From assembly GCA_964016885.1 (NCBI GenBank), contig OZ024740.1:334304001-334368000 (forward strand): a stretch of DNA of 64,000 nt, written 5' to 3'. Below are positions 31,349-48,021 of the stretch, in pieces; positions within the stretch are counted from its first letter, which is position 1; every line of letters begins with the position of its first letter. The translations under genes and the position numbers were made by a program. The notes beneath the pieces were generated by a model that saw nothing but the letters and a program-made list of their open reading frames with translations, ran no database searches and was not told the DNA's origin. Source of the DNA: Eledone cirrhosa. Taxonomy: Eukaryota.

Positions 31349-31349
31349 A

Positions 31350-31437
<88 letters not shown>

Positions 31438-31469
31438 GAAAAGCGGCCAAATTCTACTCTAGTCGTCCT

Positions 31470-32520
31470 CCCAATGTGCCTCAAATAAAACCCATCCCAA
31501 ATGAAATAAGAAAATTGTCAAAAACATAGAGAGAAGATGACGTTAGGAAAGTTTAAAATGGAAATAGAACTATAATGATTAAGCGCCAACTCCAACGAAA
31601 GAAAGTTAAAGTCATTCGACCAACAACAACCCAAATCTAAGTACATCCGAAATTTTATAAAGGGCCAGACCACGACAGTGAAAATGCCATCATATATAGA
31701 AATGCCAATGAAAGAAAAATTGTGTAAGTTCATTTTTCAGACCAAGGCAACAAGATCCACGACACCAGGTTGTACAAACCGATGTTGAAAAACCGCAAAT
31801 AATCAATCTTTCAAGAAATTAAAAATTAAAATCCTCTCAAAGGGAATAAAATTCTCCTCAACAATACAATACTCTTACTTCCATGAGTTAAACGATGCTA
31901 TTTCACACGTCTGTAGAAAATTATGTCTAACAAAAATAAAGCTACTACAAACCGACAAACGACAGGAACAGTGTTTTAGACAAATATTCCGATCAGGTAT
32001 CAACTTTCCCACACCATGAACTAGCACAGTCTAAACCCAAACCAAACACCAATCGAAGGGAATGGGAGATTATTCATGGGTTAAAAAACAATAATGACAT
32101 CATAATTAAGGAAGTGGATAAGGGTAGTGCCCTCGTCATTATTGATTCTGAACACTATAAAACTCTATATTCACTCATTTACAATACACTACCTACTACG
32201 AAAAGGTAAAACAACTATCAACCATCAAAAGCGAAGGTCTCATTAAATACACTCATTTCTCAACACAGAAAACACTTATCTATAGAGGAACACGAATATT
32301 TAACACATTTTGAATGCAGAACCATCAATCTTTACAGACTTCCGAAAACGCACAAGAGCAAAATGAGTAACGATGACTGTAAATAATCCACCTCAACCTG
32401 TGTAAACATATTACACCCCGCTAACCTTGAATTATGTCCAATTGTAGCCGGGGACAAAATGTGAAAGACATAGATAGACGAAGCAACTTTATAGACATAT
32501 TAACAAAATAATTCTTCAAC
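31470..32520 (+). mobile_element. Decayed Neptune-type Penelope element related to 60145-62880 (ORF1 end and RT N-terminus)
   Basis: HFSDQGNKIHDTRLYKPMLKNRK* matches the ORF1 end. Then KPKPNTNRREWEIIHGLKNNNDIIIKEVDKGSALVIID, HFECRTINLYRLPKTHK, PIVAG. Confidence 0.85.
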
Positions 32521-34264
32521 AAACATGAACACTTGCAAAAGCAATTCACCACCGTATACATACACACACATACACACACACACATTATAATTTTACAATT
32601 TGGTTTTTAGATCTAGTAAGATCGTTGTTAACTTCGGTGGGGAGATTTTTAAATATTCCTGGAGAACTTTCTCGCACTCGTCGGTGGCGATTGTCAAACT
32701 AAAATCTGACATTAATTACATCAACACCAGTGGTTATGTCCTGCTTAAAATAGACGATACGATTTCAGTAACACAACCTATGTTTTTTTCCCCCCATAAA
32801 TATCATATGATACTTGGTGTCACATGATGCCCCAGCTCTTGAATGATTTTAACTAAATTCTTGTGAATTATTTTCCCCAAATATATTATATATATTCCAT
32901 GAAATTTGCCCGTATTTCTTCCTCGAATATAGTGTGATTTTCTGTCGATATGGTCGATATAAGGCAGTTATTCGCCATAATATCGGAAAATATATTATTG
33001 TTTTAATCAACATGTAAACAAAAAACTTTAAACCATGCGTGACATAGATGTTTCCCGCAAACAGATTTCTAACAGTGTTTGCACGTTTGTCGTATTTTGA
33101 AACGATGGTTCCTTACGATGTTATTCTCCAAAATTCTGGGGGTAAAAAGCCAGAGAGATAGTCACACCAGAATCATTTAAGTTCCATGGAATGACAATCA
33201 TATATCCCCCTAATAAGCGTTCGTCATTTAGGGGGTAAAAATATCCGATCATGTTCATAGACACAGCTGCAAAAACAACACGACATTCTCACAAAATTAA
33301 AACCTTTGATCATAGGTTTAGACGATTAAATACACAATACCTTTAGCTCCTTTATATATTTCCTGTAACTGGGATTGGCATGTCGAATTTTACATCGAAA
33401 ACATCACCAGTCATGTATTAATAGTTAACGCCTGCGTTAAAACCACAGCATCAAGACAGGGTTCATGAAAACATCCACCTGCTTTGAATTCCCAGCACTG
33501 ACATATATTCTCTATCCCTAAACATTCTTTCCCATCTAAAGACGGTTATATAAGTAATCTTTGTGAATTCAGACCAATTGGTAATTCTCTTGAATTCTAT
33601 AGAGCTTTAAGGGTGACAATGTATGAGGCATCCAGGTAAAATTTTGTATATTCAAATAGTGAGGTGGTAAGGGCTAGAGAATACTCAAAATAGGAAGAGA
33701 GTGTGCATGTATACTGACTAGGTGTTCTGATAAATTTGCCGCACACAGACAACTGATGTGGGGACGAGATCCTTAAAGCATCATAAGGTCATGTATGTGT
33801 ACGTACGTGCATATATATGCGTGTTTTATTAAGTTGTTCCAGGTTGTAATGTATATATGGGTATATGCAAGTATGGTATAAAATAGGGTATGAAATGTTT
33901 TCTCAGAGCTTCTGTTGGACACGTTTTGGGACAGAGCCATGATTTCTCGAAATTGTGAAATATTCAAAACGAAAATATCATAGTTTCGATAAACTCAAGA
34001 TATGGCAAAGATTTAATCCACGAGAACAAAAACAAACAGATTTTTTTCGATGATTGCCCTATTAAACGGTGTCAGAACACTCCAAAATTGTTGAATATAA
34101 TATTTTTGTATTGAGAAATATATGTGTAGTCATTTTATATGAACATTCACACATTTTTTTATGAAAATAAATTTATAAACGGTGGTTTACGCACATATAT
34201 GTTAAAATATAATATAATATAATATAATATAATACAAGTTAATATAATGTAATATAGTATAATT

Positions 34265-34657
34265 CGTTAAACGAAATAATTGTTTCTACTTTAGGCACAA
34301 GGCCAGCAAATACCCAGTGCATTACTGGTACTTTATTTTATCGACCCCGTAAGGATGAAAGGCAAAGTCAACCTCGGCGGGATTTGAACTCAGATCGTAA
34401 AGGGATGTAACTATGCTGGAAAGCATGGCGTCCGACTCTCTACCGATACTGCCAATCCACCGTTAAACGAAATAATTGTTTCTACATTTGGCACAAGGCC
34501 AGCAAATACCCAGTACATTACTGGTACTTTATTTTATCGACCCCGTAAGGATGAAAGGCAAAGTTAACCTCGGCGGGATTTGAACACAGACCATAAAGAG
34601 ACTTAACTATGCTGGAAAGCATGGCGGCCGACTCTCTACCGATACTGCCAATTCACA
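34265..34657 (-). mobile_element. Two tandem SINE copies (family of 10848)
   Basis: Two ~195-bp copies, each preceded by cgttaaacgaaataattgtttctac. Confidence 0.9.
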
Positions 34658-34775
34658 ATGTTATAAATTCAAAGATTATGAATGACTATTCAAGAATGAG
34701 GCTCATATTTGTATTATGTTACATGAGTTATAAAACTCCCTATGCTTTGGTCTATACAAATACTAATTGCTTCAC

Positions 34776-34850
<75 letters not shown>

Positions 34851-34883
34851 AATCTGTATGTGTGTGCATGCGCGTGTGTGTAG

Positions 34884-34919
<36 letters not shown>

Positions 34920-35789
34920 TTATTACCTCTCTGACTACTCTCACCGTTTGATCCTCAACAACATCCATGTCCACAGAGATTTCTACAAACACACTCACAC
35001 AGACATACACACACACACATGCACACACAAACAAAATGATTATTCTACTACCAAGAACCTTATTAAACACAGGTAAGATAATGACAATAAATTACATATT
35101 GTAGTAAGATTAAGCCAGGTAATATAGTATAATAGTTAAGTAATCATCCGTTTCGATTTATGGTTCTCCTTTCTGTAGAGAAAGAGCGAGAGGATGGGAG
35201 AAAGAGAACGAAAAAGAAAGAATAGAGACATGATGAGAAAATGAGAACTCAAACATAGGAGACCTGTTTACATCAACTACATCAATTTCTTTTCCCCTCT
35301 CCCACAGACATTGTCTTCGCACATTTTCATTGATGGAAAAGCATCCGGGATGTTAAGAATTTTTCCTAACATATCACTTGAGAATCTAACATACAATCAG
35401 TAGTATTTTTCTCTTGTGTAATATTGTCCTTGTTGAATCTTCCGATATATAAACGTGTGCTTGTGGTGTTTGTGTGTATGTAAGTGGGCTTTCGAGTAGG
35501 GGGCTTTCGAGTAGGGGTCGTGTGCAGGAGCGTATGTTGATATAATGAAATGACTTGGCACTCCCATACTATAATCTTAATTTCAAGAACACCTTCATCA
35601 GCCATCATCCACGAACCACCAATTCTAATGGGTTATACAAGTATATTACAATGATTTCTTCAGTCATTCTCCGGATACAATGTAGCTAATCTTGGGTACA
35701 CCAAACAAGCATGGTTCCCTGAAGAACAAATGCACAGAATCAGTAAATGATTCCAAATGCAAACACACCGATGTATCCCTCCTTCTCTC

Positions 35790-35829
<40 letters not shown>

Positions 35830-36850
35830 ATATTAATAAATGGAAACTACATTTATAAAAAACATTTTTTTTAAAAGGTTTTTATGTATTCGTGGAGTCA
35901 TTTGAGTTTTTTTTAAATCACTATTAACTTCCTTTATACTTCCTTACTCTTTTCATAATACAATCAAGAAGTTATTCCTTTGTAAACTCTCGTAAATTTT
36001 CATAAATTTAGAAATAATTGGATGTTTAGGTTTTGACTTACAACTATTAATAAATATAATTTTGCCAAACTTACTTTAATAAAATAAACTATACTGGATT
36101 TTCTCTAATGTAAAATACAATATATTTATTTAAATAATTTATAATCCATAACATACACATCTAAACCAATATATTATTACTAATACATCTTAATATAATA
36201 TAAATACTTCTGTTTTAATTTTTAATATTAATATTAAATTAAATCTTTAATATTAAAGCAAATTTTAATCTTTAATTTTAATTTTTAATTTTTAATTTTA
36301 ATCTAATTTTTCAACCTATCATTATGAATATTATAATCACAACGTAATGAAATCTACATTCTAAATATTATTCTTCCACGTTAATCTTATTTCTTCTTTC
36401 ACTTCTTTCACTTAGATATATTTACGCTATGTATATTTTTCCATTAAACTTATTTCTTCATTCACTCTGACTATCTTCACTATCACTATGTATAATCGTT
36501 CTTTGTTTCCTCTTCTCTCTTTCTCCTTCCTTTTCTTTTTTCTCTCTCCATTACATATCATCTTCCTCCAACAGTTTAATTTAAATAAACCGTTATCTTT
36601 TCAACTTTTCGGACACTCATTTGCATACTCACTCATAACTTTCTATTACCATCAATAAAGCATTATCTCCACTATCCAGGAAGCTCCAACCGTTAAGGTT
36701 GTCTTATTTCCGGGTATGTCAATATTTATTTATAAAACAAATCTGTATTTTATCTGATGAAAGCGCACCATAATTCGCTTTGGTTGCCCTTGACATATAT
36801 ATAATAAAATAAATATGGTTTTATAAATATAGTTTCCATTTATATATATA
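35830..36850 (+). mobile_element. AT-rich Penelope-type remnant ending in a mutated hammerhead (36747-36810); homologous terminus inverted at ~39020-39200
   Basis: attttat CTGATGA aag...ctt GAcA tatata TA ataaaat. Terminal ttataaatatagtttccattta is inverted at 35835-35865 and shared with 39020-39190. Confidence 0.55.
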
Positions 36851-36925
36851 TAAACTATTGAGGGTTTTATATCAGTTATAAAAATGTTTAAGCTTGTTGA
36901 ATCCCAACAAATTAAATATAACCTC

Positions 36926-36959
<34 letters not shown>

Positions 36960-36966
36960 CACACAT

Positions 36967-37045
<79 letters not shown>

Positions 37046-37201
37046 TAGATAGATATATATGTATATGTGTGTGTGTGCGTCTGTATATATATATATATAT
37101 ATACATATATATATACGTACATACATATATATATACGTATATACGTATATACATATATACACGTATATACACGTATACACACACACACACACACATATAT
37201 G

Positions 37202-37236
<35 letters not shown>

Positions 37237-37807
37237 GTATACGTGCGTTGGGGGTGGATGGGATTGCCAAATATATGCTGGTACAATGGATCATGTGTAA
37301 CGAAAATATCACGAAATTGCTTTATCTTTGTAGCTGACACAATAGATATAGGATTAGGGAAGACTTCACCAATTAAAACAGTATTTTCGTCTCTTTCTAG
37401 ATGAATACACAAATAAACGTTGTTAGAATTTTACAAGATTTCCTAAACGTCGTCCTCTGATATTTTGGTATTGATAAACACGATAAGTTTGTTAGAGCGT
37501 GATTAACAAACATTACACAAATACCGATATACACTTATATTTGATCTGATACAGACTTATATTGAATTTTTTTTAATCCATATATTTGAATTTATGTTTT
37601 TGAATTTTAGTGTGATTTATTACACAAGAATTATTGTTTTTAGTTTCTAAAAACTATGTATACTTGTTCATGTATTGTGTCAATATTTGTTCATTTTTGT
37701 TTTTCTTGCTTTTGCTGACATATCAATACTTGTTATACCGACGCTTGTGACAAGTTGATTTTATACCCCTGGGCTATAAAAATAATATTATTATTATATT
37801 GTATTGA

Positions 37808-38030
37808 TGGTGTGGTGAATTGGCAGAATCATTACTTCGCAGAACAAATTCTTCCCAATATCTGTTTCGACTATTTACATTCTAAATTCAAATCCAATCT
37901 AGATGACGTTTGTATTTCCTCCTTTCCATGCGAATTAAAATAAAGATACCAGCAACGTATTGGGTTTATTTCATCGATTTCCTCTGCCACCAAATTACCG
38001 GTACTGTGCCCAAGGAAGAAAATATTGTAT
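37808..38030 (+). mobile_element. Diverged SINE
   Basis: ggtgaattggcagaatc head, ttcaaatcc B box, aaaataaagataccagc core remnant. Confidence 0.55.
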
Positions 38031-38263
38031 TAGTTCACGTTTTGAAAGAAACATAGAAATAATTGACCCGCGCGATGTTCTACTTCGTACATAAAAGAAA
38101 CTCGGTACAATTGCAAAGAAATATTTTCGCGAGATTTCGAATACTTCGCAGTAACCTGTACATGTTATCTAATGTTAGGAATACAGAGACAAATCAACGA
38201 CAGAGACATACATATTGTCAAATTTTGGTTTTACTGTCGAGTACGCTATGATACGTGCCATGT

Positions 38264-38344
<81 letters not shown>

Positions 38345-38877
38345 GAGAGAGAGCGCGAGAGAGAGAGTTCAAATTCCATTATGTTTTTATTTGTTAATAA
38401 TGATCTTTTGGAAGGGAATATATGTGTATGTTACTTTGAAGAACATAGCGTTTTGTGCATAGAAGTTAAATTGGGCTCTACAGTAGGTTTTTGAGATACA
38501 AACACTCCTGAAATTCGCTTACGGATATTATAGAGTATAAACACTAATACGGCCTAATACAAGACGTCTTTTACTTTTTTTCTTCCATTTCACCCACTTT
38601 TCTAAAAAAGTATGTCATGCCCAAACCGCCAGGATCGACAGTTTTCCAAGAGATGGCAACATGAAAGGAGCTGTTATTTTTCTCTAAGAACATTTTTCTT
38701 TTTTTCCGATTCCGCCTTACCCATCCCGTTAATTTTTCTAATAATATCTTATTCTTTCTTCTGGAGGACCGGCGTCCTAAACGTTAAGACCCTGTCCCTG
38801 CTATGTCAAGCGTTAACCTAATATATTCCTTCCATATACTGTACCTATCGTGTTGTTATTTCTCTTTACCATTTACA

Positions 38878-38942
<65 letters not shown>

Positions 38943-38943
38943 A

Positions 38944-39013
<70 letters not shown>

Positions 39014-39219
39014 ATGATATTAAATAAATGGATACTATATTTATAAAACCATATTTATTCTATTATATATACTTAAAGGGTACCAAAACTTTCGTAGGCA
39101 CTCATCAGATAAAATACAAAGTTTGCTTTTTAATTATTGACATATCCAGGAAGAGGATCGTAACGTTTCATGTTTTTCCTGGATAAATTGCTATTTCACT
39201 AAAACTGAAATACCATCTT

Positions 39220-39292
39220 ATACTATGATGCATACACCCCGCCCCAATATATATATATATATATTGTGGCGGGGTGTATGCATCATAGTATA
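39220..39292. repeat. Palindrome centred on a (TA)n tract
   Basis: tatactatgatgcatacaccccgcc-c-caa(TA)n ttg-t-ggcggggtgtatgcatcatagtata. Confidence 0.85.
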
Positions 39293-40549
39293 AATTGCTA
39301 TTTCAGTTTTAGTTAACTGCATTTTGGACGTAGCTAAAAGGGCGGTAATCGATGTTTTCACAATTGTCTCGTCTCCATTCGCAATCCATTCGCTGTTTAT
39401 GATCGATCTAATTTAAATGACCTAGTCTTGCAACTAACATTCTATACTACGTTCTTTTTCTTTTTTCATTTCATTTTGGCATCCATAATAATTCGACAAC
39501 AGAGTTTTGCACAGGCAAATGTTCTTCATCTGAATACTACCATTTCACTAGATCATGCTAAACAGGATTTATCGCAGTTGTTTTTGGCTTTACCAACATA
39601 CACGTACAGCATTACGTTGAAATTTATATTTGATATTTTACCAAATTTTAAAGCGACATAAAATCTCATTCATTCGGACGTTAAATTTAAATAAAACACT
39701 CAAACATTTTCGTACGTTTTGGTATCATCCAGCAGCCTGATTTCGGTAGATCTGGAACCATAGGAAGCAAAGGTTGTTTTCATCAAGATTTATAATTTGA
39801 CTTCAAATTGAAGAAAATGGTTCAACACCATTTTCTGATATAGTTTAGATTTAACCAAGGATACTTTTGAAAAACAGATCTATGGAACGTTACATACATT
39901 AGTGATATGCTGTAAACAGTTTATGCTTGTTCTGACAAATATGATAATCGTCGTTTAATAGCTGCATTTTACCTGCTTATACCTATTCTCCCCCACACAG
40001 TATCGGGTTTATTGTGTTGTTTTGTTCTTTTAACTGACCAAACGCGATCTCATAAATGTTAAATGAAGTTCCGTATTTGCATCAGTTTACATAGCTTGTA
40101 AATCTCATGCAACATACTTGTTGCAAATAAATGTAATTTTAATGTCTCTCACTCAGAACTATTTTTACAACCATTTCGTGATTGATAGCGGAGTAATGTT
40201 CAATTGGGCCTCTCCATCATTGATTAAATTGGATATTTCCATGTAAGATTCACTTTATATTCAGCATTATGTGAACATGTGATATAGAAGGTGTAGCAAA
40301 TGAATTGAATGTGAAACAAGTGTAGATTATATAAATTAAGTAACCAGTAGAGACATAAAGGTTTGAAACAACGCCTGTTGCAATGAAAGAACAGCTCTAT
40401 CAAAAACCCCTTAACATCCGAGAAAAGTTTCTCGACTTCATACAAAACTGCACGTAATTTTTTCTTTATTCATTTTTGTAACTGAAATTAAATTTGAAAA
40501 TTCCGATAGAATTACATTTTCACGTTTATTGGAAAATGTACATTTTATA

Positions 40550-43130
40550 AGACAATTGCTGCCGTACCAATCTTCGCCGCCAGCGTAGACACTTGGTAAG
40601 AGAAGACAGGTAGAAGCGAGAATGACTATATTGGATGTTTGTCTGGTTTACGGTATAAGGCGTGACTGTGGTTTGTGTGAAAAAAGAAAGAAAACAATAA
40701 AAAATCTTCCACATACACCAGTTCCTTCATATTTCGTGTATAATATATGAAGATCTCTAAGTGTTCCCCCTCGGGAAAAACATACAAATAGATAGCGGGA
40801 GCGATTATTGGTGTTAGATATAGAGATTGGGATAATGAGAGAGTGCCGTGTGATTGATAGAGTGAAGGGAGAGTTTAGTGGTAATAAATAGAGTGAGGCG
40901 GATTAAAATAGAGTGCCTTATGGAAGATGTGGACAGTGAGAAAGTTTAAAGGTAGCAGATAAATAGAGAGGTGTTGGGAGAGAGTATTGCACGGTAGATA
41001 TAGAGAGGGGGGAGAGGTTAGTGGTTATAGATACAGAGAGTGAGATAATGAAAGAGAGCCGTGTAGTAGATATAGAGTGGAGGCGAATTTGGTAGTAGTA
41101 GAGATAGAGAGGTTTGTTAGGAGAGACTGTTGTTTGGTAGATATAGTGAGGGGGAGATTGGTGGTAGTAAAATAGAGACGGGTGTTGGAACAGACAGGTG
41201 TATGGTAGATATAGAGAGGGGGAGACTTTAGTGGTAATAAATATACAGATAAAGATAATGAGAGAGAGCAATGTGGTAGATAGATAGAGAGAGAGAGAGT
41301 CAGATGATGTTGCTGGTTGTAGATATAGAGAATTTAGTGGTTATGGATAGAGAGAGAAAGATAATTATAAGGGGCCCTGTGGTAGATAGAGAGAGGGGTA
41401 GTGAATACCGGTAGTAGATAAAGAGAAGGGTGTAGGGAGAGAGAGGTGTATGATATATATTGTGAGAGTGAGAGGATAATGGATATAGAGAGGGTGGTGG
41501 GAAAGATAGTATCGTAATACATATAGAGAGGGGAAGAAACTATTGGTGTTAGATATAGAGAGGGTGACCATTCGAGAGAGCCGTGTAGTTCATATAGAGA
41601 GGGGTAGTGTTTGAAGTTATTAGAGATATAAAGAGGGATATTGGGGGAGAAGGAGAGTTTAGTGGTTATGGATATTGAGAGTGAGTAAATGTGAGGTGCC
41701 GTATGGTAGATATAGGGAGGGGAGGAGTTTGCTGGTAGTAGATATAAAGACGGGTGTTGGGAGAGAGAGAGTGTTGTACGGTAGATATAGAGAAGGGGTG
41801 AGTGTGATGTAGATATAGAGAGGAACGATGGGAGGGGTAGATGGATGGTAGATATAGAGAGGGAGACAGTTTAGTGGTTATGGATATAGAGAGGTAGATA
41901 AAGTGAGAATGCCGTATCGTAGATAGAGATGGGGAGAGTTTAGTGGTTATGGATATAGAGATAATGAAAACGTGATCTGTGGTAGACATAGGGAGTGGTA
42001 GAGATTTGTGGAAATAGATGTAGAGAGAGGCGTCCGGAGAAAATATTGCAAGGTAGATATAGTGAGCAGGGGGGGGGGGTTACTGGTAGAGCTAGAGTCA
42101 TAGTAGATATAGTGAGCGGCATAATGAGAGAGTGCCGTGTGGTAGATAGAGGGAGGGAGATATTGGTTGCAGTAGATATAGAAAGGAGTGTTGGGCGGGA
42201 TAGGTGTACGTTAGCTATACAGAGTTTAGAGGTGTTAGGTGTAGAGAGGGGCAACATAGAGAGAGGGATTGGAAGAGATGTGTGTAGATAGATAGAGAAT
42301 GAGAGCTTGGTGTTAACGGAGAGAGTGAGTGGGATTGGGAGAGAGTGTTATGTATTTTAGGCAAGTTGACGTACCCGGCTTCCTCCGGGTAAACAGATTA
42401 TAAGAGAAGACAGGTAGAAGAGAAAATTACTCTATTGGATATTTTTCTGGTTTACAGTATGAAGCGAGACCGTGGTGTGTGTGTGATAAAAGAAAAACAT
42501 GTAAAATCTTCCAGATATACCAGATCCTTCATCTTATCTTTCATGCATAATATATGAAGATTTGTAGGTTTTTTCCCCTCGTGAATAACTTATATATAAA
42601 GAGTGGGAGCGATTATTGGTGTTAGATATAGAGACGGCGGATTATGAGAGTGTATCGTGTGGTTGATATTGAGAGGTGAGAGTTTAGTGGTAATAAATAG
42701 AGTGACGAGATGAGAAGAGAGTGTCGTGTGGGAGATGTAGAGAGGGAGACAGTTTAATGGTACTAGATATTAAGAGTGGTGTTGGGAGAGACTGTTGCAC
42801 GTTAGATAAAAAGAGGGGGAGAGTTCAGTGGTTATGAATATGGAGAGTGAGATAATGAGAGTGTGCCGTGTAGTAGATATAGAGTGGAAGTGAGTTTTAT
42901 GGTAGTAGTAGATATAGAAGGGGTGATCATAGAGAATAGGATTGGGAGGGATATGTTTAGATAGAGAGAGGAGGATAGATTAGTTTTAATGGCAAGAGTG
43001 TGTGGGATTATTAGTGAGTATTGTTTATTGTAGACATGCTAACGTACGCGGCTTCTTCCGAGTAAACATATGATGAGAGAAGACAGGTAGAAGAGAAAAA
43101 TATTCTATTGGCTGTTTGTCTCGTTTACAG
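40550..43130 (-). repeat. Head-to-tail array of Helitron-like non-autonomous units with an internal GA-rich minisatellite
   Basis: Block gagaagacaggtagaag...ggtttac recurs at ~40598, ~42403 and ~43076, each preceded by a decayed Helitron 3' hairpin (e.g. gacgtacccggcttcctccgggt at 42368-42390). The interior has repeated tagatatagagaggg motifs. Confidence 0.6.
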
Positions 43131-43685
43131 AACTAGCTCTACCAGGGAACTGAAGTCTTGAGAATTTGAAATGAAGCTCATTAGAGGTTGGGATAACAGG
43201 AATCTTGGGAATAAATACACTTACTCGGTGATGATTGCCTCCAATAATAATAATGAACTCTAGGAGATAGTTCATCATCCTGGCTGCAAAGCGTGTGTCC
43301 TTGCATAGACGTGGTTGGTCAACATTTCTCAAAAGAGTGTATGCGTGTGCCGTATGTGTGTGTATGTGTGCGTGCGTGCGTTTATGTGCTTGCATGTTTG
43401 TATGTGTGCGTTGGTGGGTGTATGTGTGCACACGCGTTTGTGTCCGTGTGAGTGTAAACCGGCCTTCGGATCAAGGACACTCCAGCGAAACACGATCGTC
43501 GCTAACAACGAACACGCTGAGAAAATCCATTATGGATGACTCCCAACGTGCTAGAAATAGATGGGTTGTTGGTCGGTATATTCTCCCGCCACAAACAGGT
43601 AGTGGCTACATATTCATTGCTATTCTGCTGGACAACAATCCTTATCGAGATCTCTTTGGATTTTGGCCTCCATAATTATTATTAC

Positions 43686-43781
<96 letters not shown>

Positions 43782-43914
43782 TATACATATATACATATAT
43801 ATATATACATATATATATATACATATATATATATACATATATACATATATACATACATATATATATACATATATACATATATATACTAATATACATATAT
43901 CGATATATATATGC

Positions 43915-45165
<1,251 letters not shown>

Positions 45166-45168
45166 TTA

Positions 45169-45270
<102 letters not shown>

Positions 45271-47762
45271 GCGAGAGAGATAAACATAGAGTGAGTGATG
45301 GACTGAAAATGATAAAGAGTGATTGCTTTCGCGTGACCTTACATGTATACCCATTTCTATAAAATAATGACAGATTAAAAATGATGTTTTGCTGATGTCT
45401 ATTTTTTCGTATTTGCGTTTCTCTTTTGCCAATGCAGTGAATGGATGTATTCTAGGTTGTTATATGATGATTCTTTATATAGATACTGCCTGGTACAATA
45501 ACATCCTCTGTGCCATACTCATGTAAATGCTATTTTAAATATAGTCACATTTAATATGGAGATTTTAAGAAATCATTTTTGTCATAGGAGGGCAGAGGTT
45601 AACCTTTAATTGTCAATGTCAGTCAAAGTTGGCATTCTTCAAATGGTTCTCAAAAAAGCGATCAAAATCTACACCGCCTTGACAAATGATAGAAGGGAGG
45701 AAATGAATCTGATTTAATCTACATAATTTGAGTATATTCACAGAATTATAATATATATGTTTGTCTATCATTGTCTTCGGCTGATTTTTGCAAGCATGTG
45801 TGGATATGTGTTTGATGTGTGTTTTAATCTACTCACGCATCCAACCACAGACGTACACAGATACACAAAAATCTATATATATTGTTATAACCTAATATTG
45901 TCTCTGATATCAATATAAACCAATATAAGTATATGTGAGTTCAAATATAAACCAATATAAGTATATGTGAGTTCAAATGTAAATATACGTATGAATATAT
46001 TCCATTACTATATTTGTTTATTTATAATTATCTGCACTTACCATAATATATACAGAGTGACTAAAAGACAACTGGGTACATTTTTATTTTTGTCTGCATT
46101 ATACATTTTTTTAACAAAAATGGAGGAAACACCAAATAAATTTAGTTCAAACAATTAAAATCAGCATACTCTATCTTCTATTTCTGTCCAGAGTTACAAC
46201 ATACGTTCTATGTGATAGCCATTTGAATTTATGTATATTTTTTTAAGTTGCTTGTTGGAGCTTAACTTAACGTAATTAGAAAAATACATCAGAATAGCTC
46301 TCATTTCCTCCCTAATATTTTTCTCTCATTTCCTCCCTAATATTTTTCTTTAATTCAGAGATGGACATGAGTTTGTTCACATATATTTTGTTTCAGATTG
46401 CGCCACAGAAGGAATTATGGTGGGGGCGGGGGTCATTTAAGGGTTGTGCCAGTAAGCCATCATACAATAGACCAGATACTAATTTCATATAATTCGCTTT
46501 CTTTATTTATACTCGAAGGTAAATCGCAATAAATATATGAACTGGAAGTAATAGGTAAGGCAATTCAGCCATGTAAGAACGTATAGATTCAGTCTTTTCA
46601 GTATAGGTAAAACGTTTAATAATATGATAGTCAGAATATGACAAAGAGATTGGAGTGTGTGGGGCAATGTTAGAAATAGAGTTGGGTAAAGGTGAATTGG
46701 AAATTCTTGTGTGACGATATGAAATTCTTACCTATAAACTTGTACCTACTCAATAGAATATTAGTTATTTTAAAAAAGAGTGTGTATGCAAGAAATCGAC
46801 ATTTGTGTGTTACATGTGATGTTTGATGCGAGTCTATATCTTTAACTTCAGTATTGTTGATTCTCAGAGCAGATTCCCAATCGATTTTTACAAAAGCATT
46901 ATCTTTCAAAGATTTTATTCTATGCTTGACAGACGGTTGCAAGGATTATATACATTCTCTGTTATTGACCGACTAAAATAAGTGTTGTGTGAATAGAGTA
47001 CAAACAATGCAGATATATTAAAATGTTATGCGAAAACCATAGTAGTGTTTCATATGTAATCTCAGTATTCATATTAACAATAATATTGCTATTAATTTTA
47101 AATAAGTGTGGGAATATTTAATTGGACTCTACTGTTCAGAAACTTGTGTTTGTTGTGGTTCTAGTTATTATATTTCTTATGCTTTTATGGCTGTCCAAGA
47201 AGGCTGCAGTCAGTTGCATGTGATCTATATTGATGTATGTATTCATCGTCTATATTTGTCATTTTCTATATCCAATATTGTTGTCTGATAGTCCAGAAAA
47301 CTTTGTGCTCAGTGAATTTGTACTTCTATTTCCTAGTATAATTAGGATTAGCATGAGTGAAACTCTAAGCACAGCATAGCTATTGACACTTCGCCAGGTA
47401 CCATCTTTTGAATGTAACAATTTCATTTTATCTACTCACAGACATACACTAGGCTCGATTCGAAAACGGACTGCCTGGCAAATTCCCCTATAATGATATA
47501 TATACCTCTTCTGCTAACTCACTCTCTCTCTCTCATACACGGACACATGATATGATAGTGCTACTTATATTACACACACACACAAATACACACACAGACA
47601 CACACACATACACATATACACACATACACTTACATACACACACATATATTTATATATATATCACATAAGAAACGGAGAATCAGTGTGATACCATACTCTG
47701 CTCTGTAAGTGCATCGAGTGCTCAAACGGCCTACCGCTTACGGACTCTTTAAGCACCCCACA

Positions 47763-47836
<74 letters not shown>

Positions 47837-47880
47837 ATAAAATAAAACAAAGACGAGTGGTTACTCCATTCGTTTATTGG

Positions 47881-47914
47881 TTGGTGACGCGTATTTCGCT
47901 ATTCTTCAGCTCAA
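47881..47914 (-). ncRNA. Degenerate minimal hammerhead followed by AATAAA
   Basis: Minus strand: ttgag CTGAAGA atagc GAAA tacgcg TC accaacc AATAAA. Stems I and II pair poorly. Confidence 0.35.
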
Positions 47915-47987
47915 GATACGACCTGTATCGATCTAGCCCGCCTCTGTAATCAATGGCTCGTCGGACCTCTTTGGTTATAATGGCAGA

Positions 47988-48021
<34 letters not shown>

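Noticed and set aside
35565-35610. Minus-strand CUGAUGA aggtgttctt GAAA hammerhead core
   Set aside because: Stem II forms but no consistent stem I or cleavage triplet; at best a decayed copy.
40800-42350. CRISPR-like repeat/spacer pattern
   Set aside because: Irregular degenerate minisatellite in eukaryotic DNA, with no constant repeat, no unique spacers and no cas genes.
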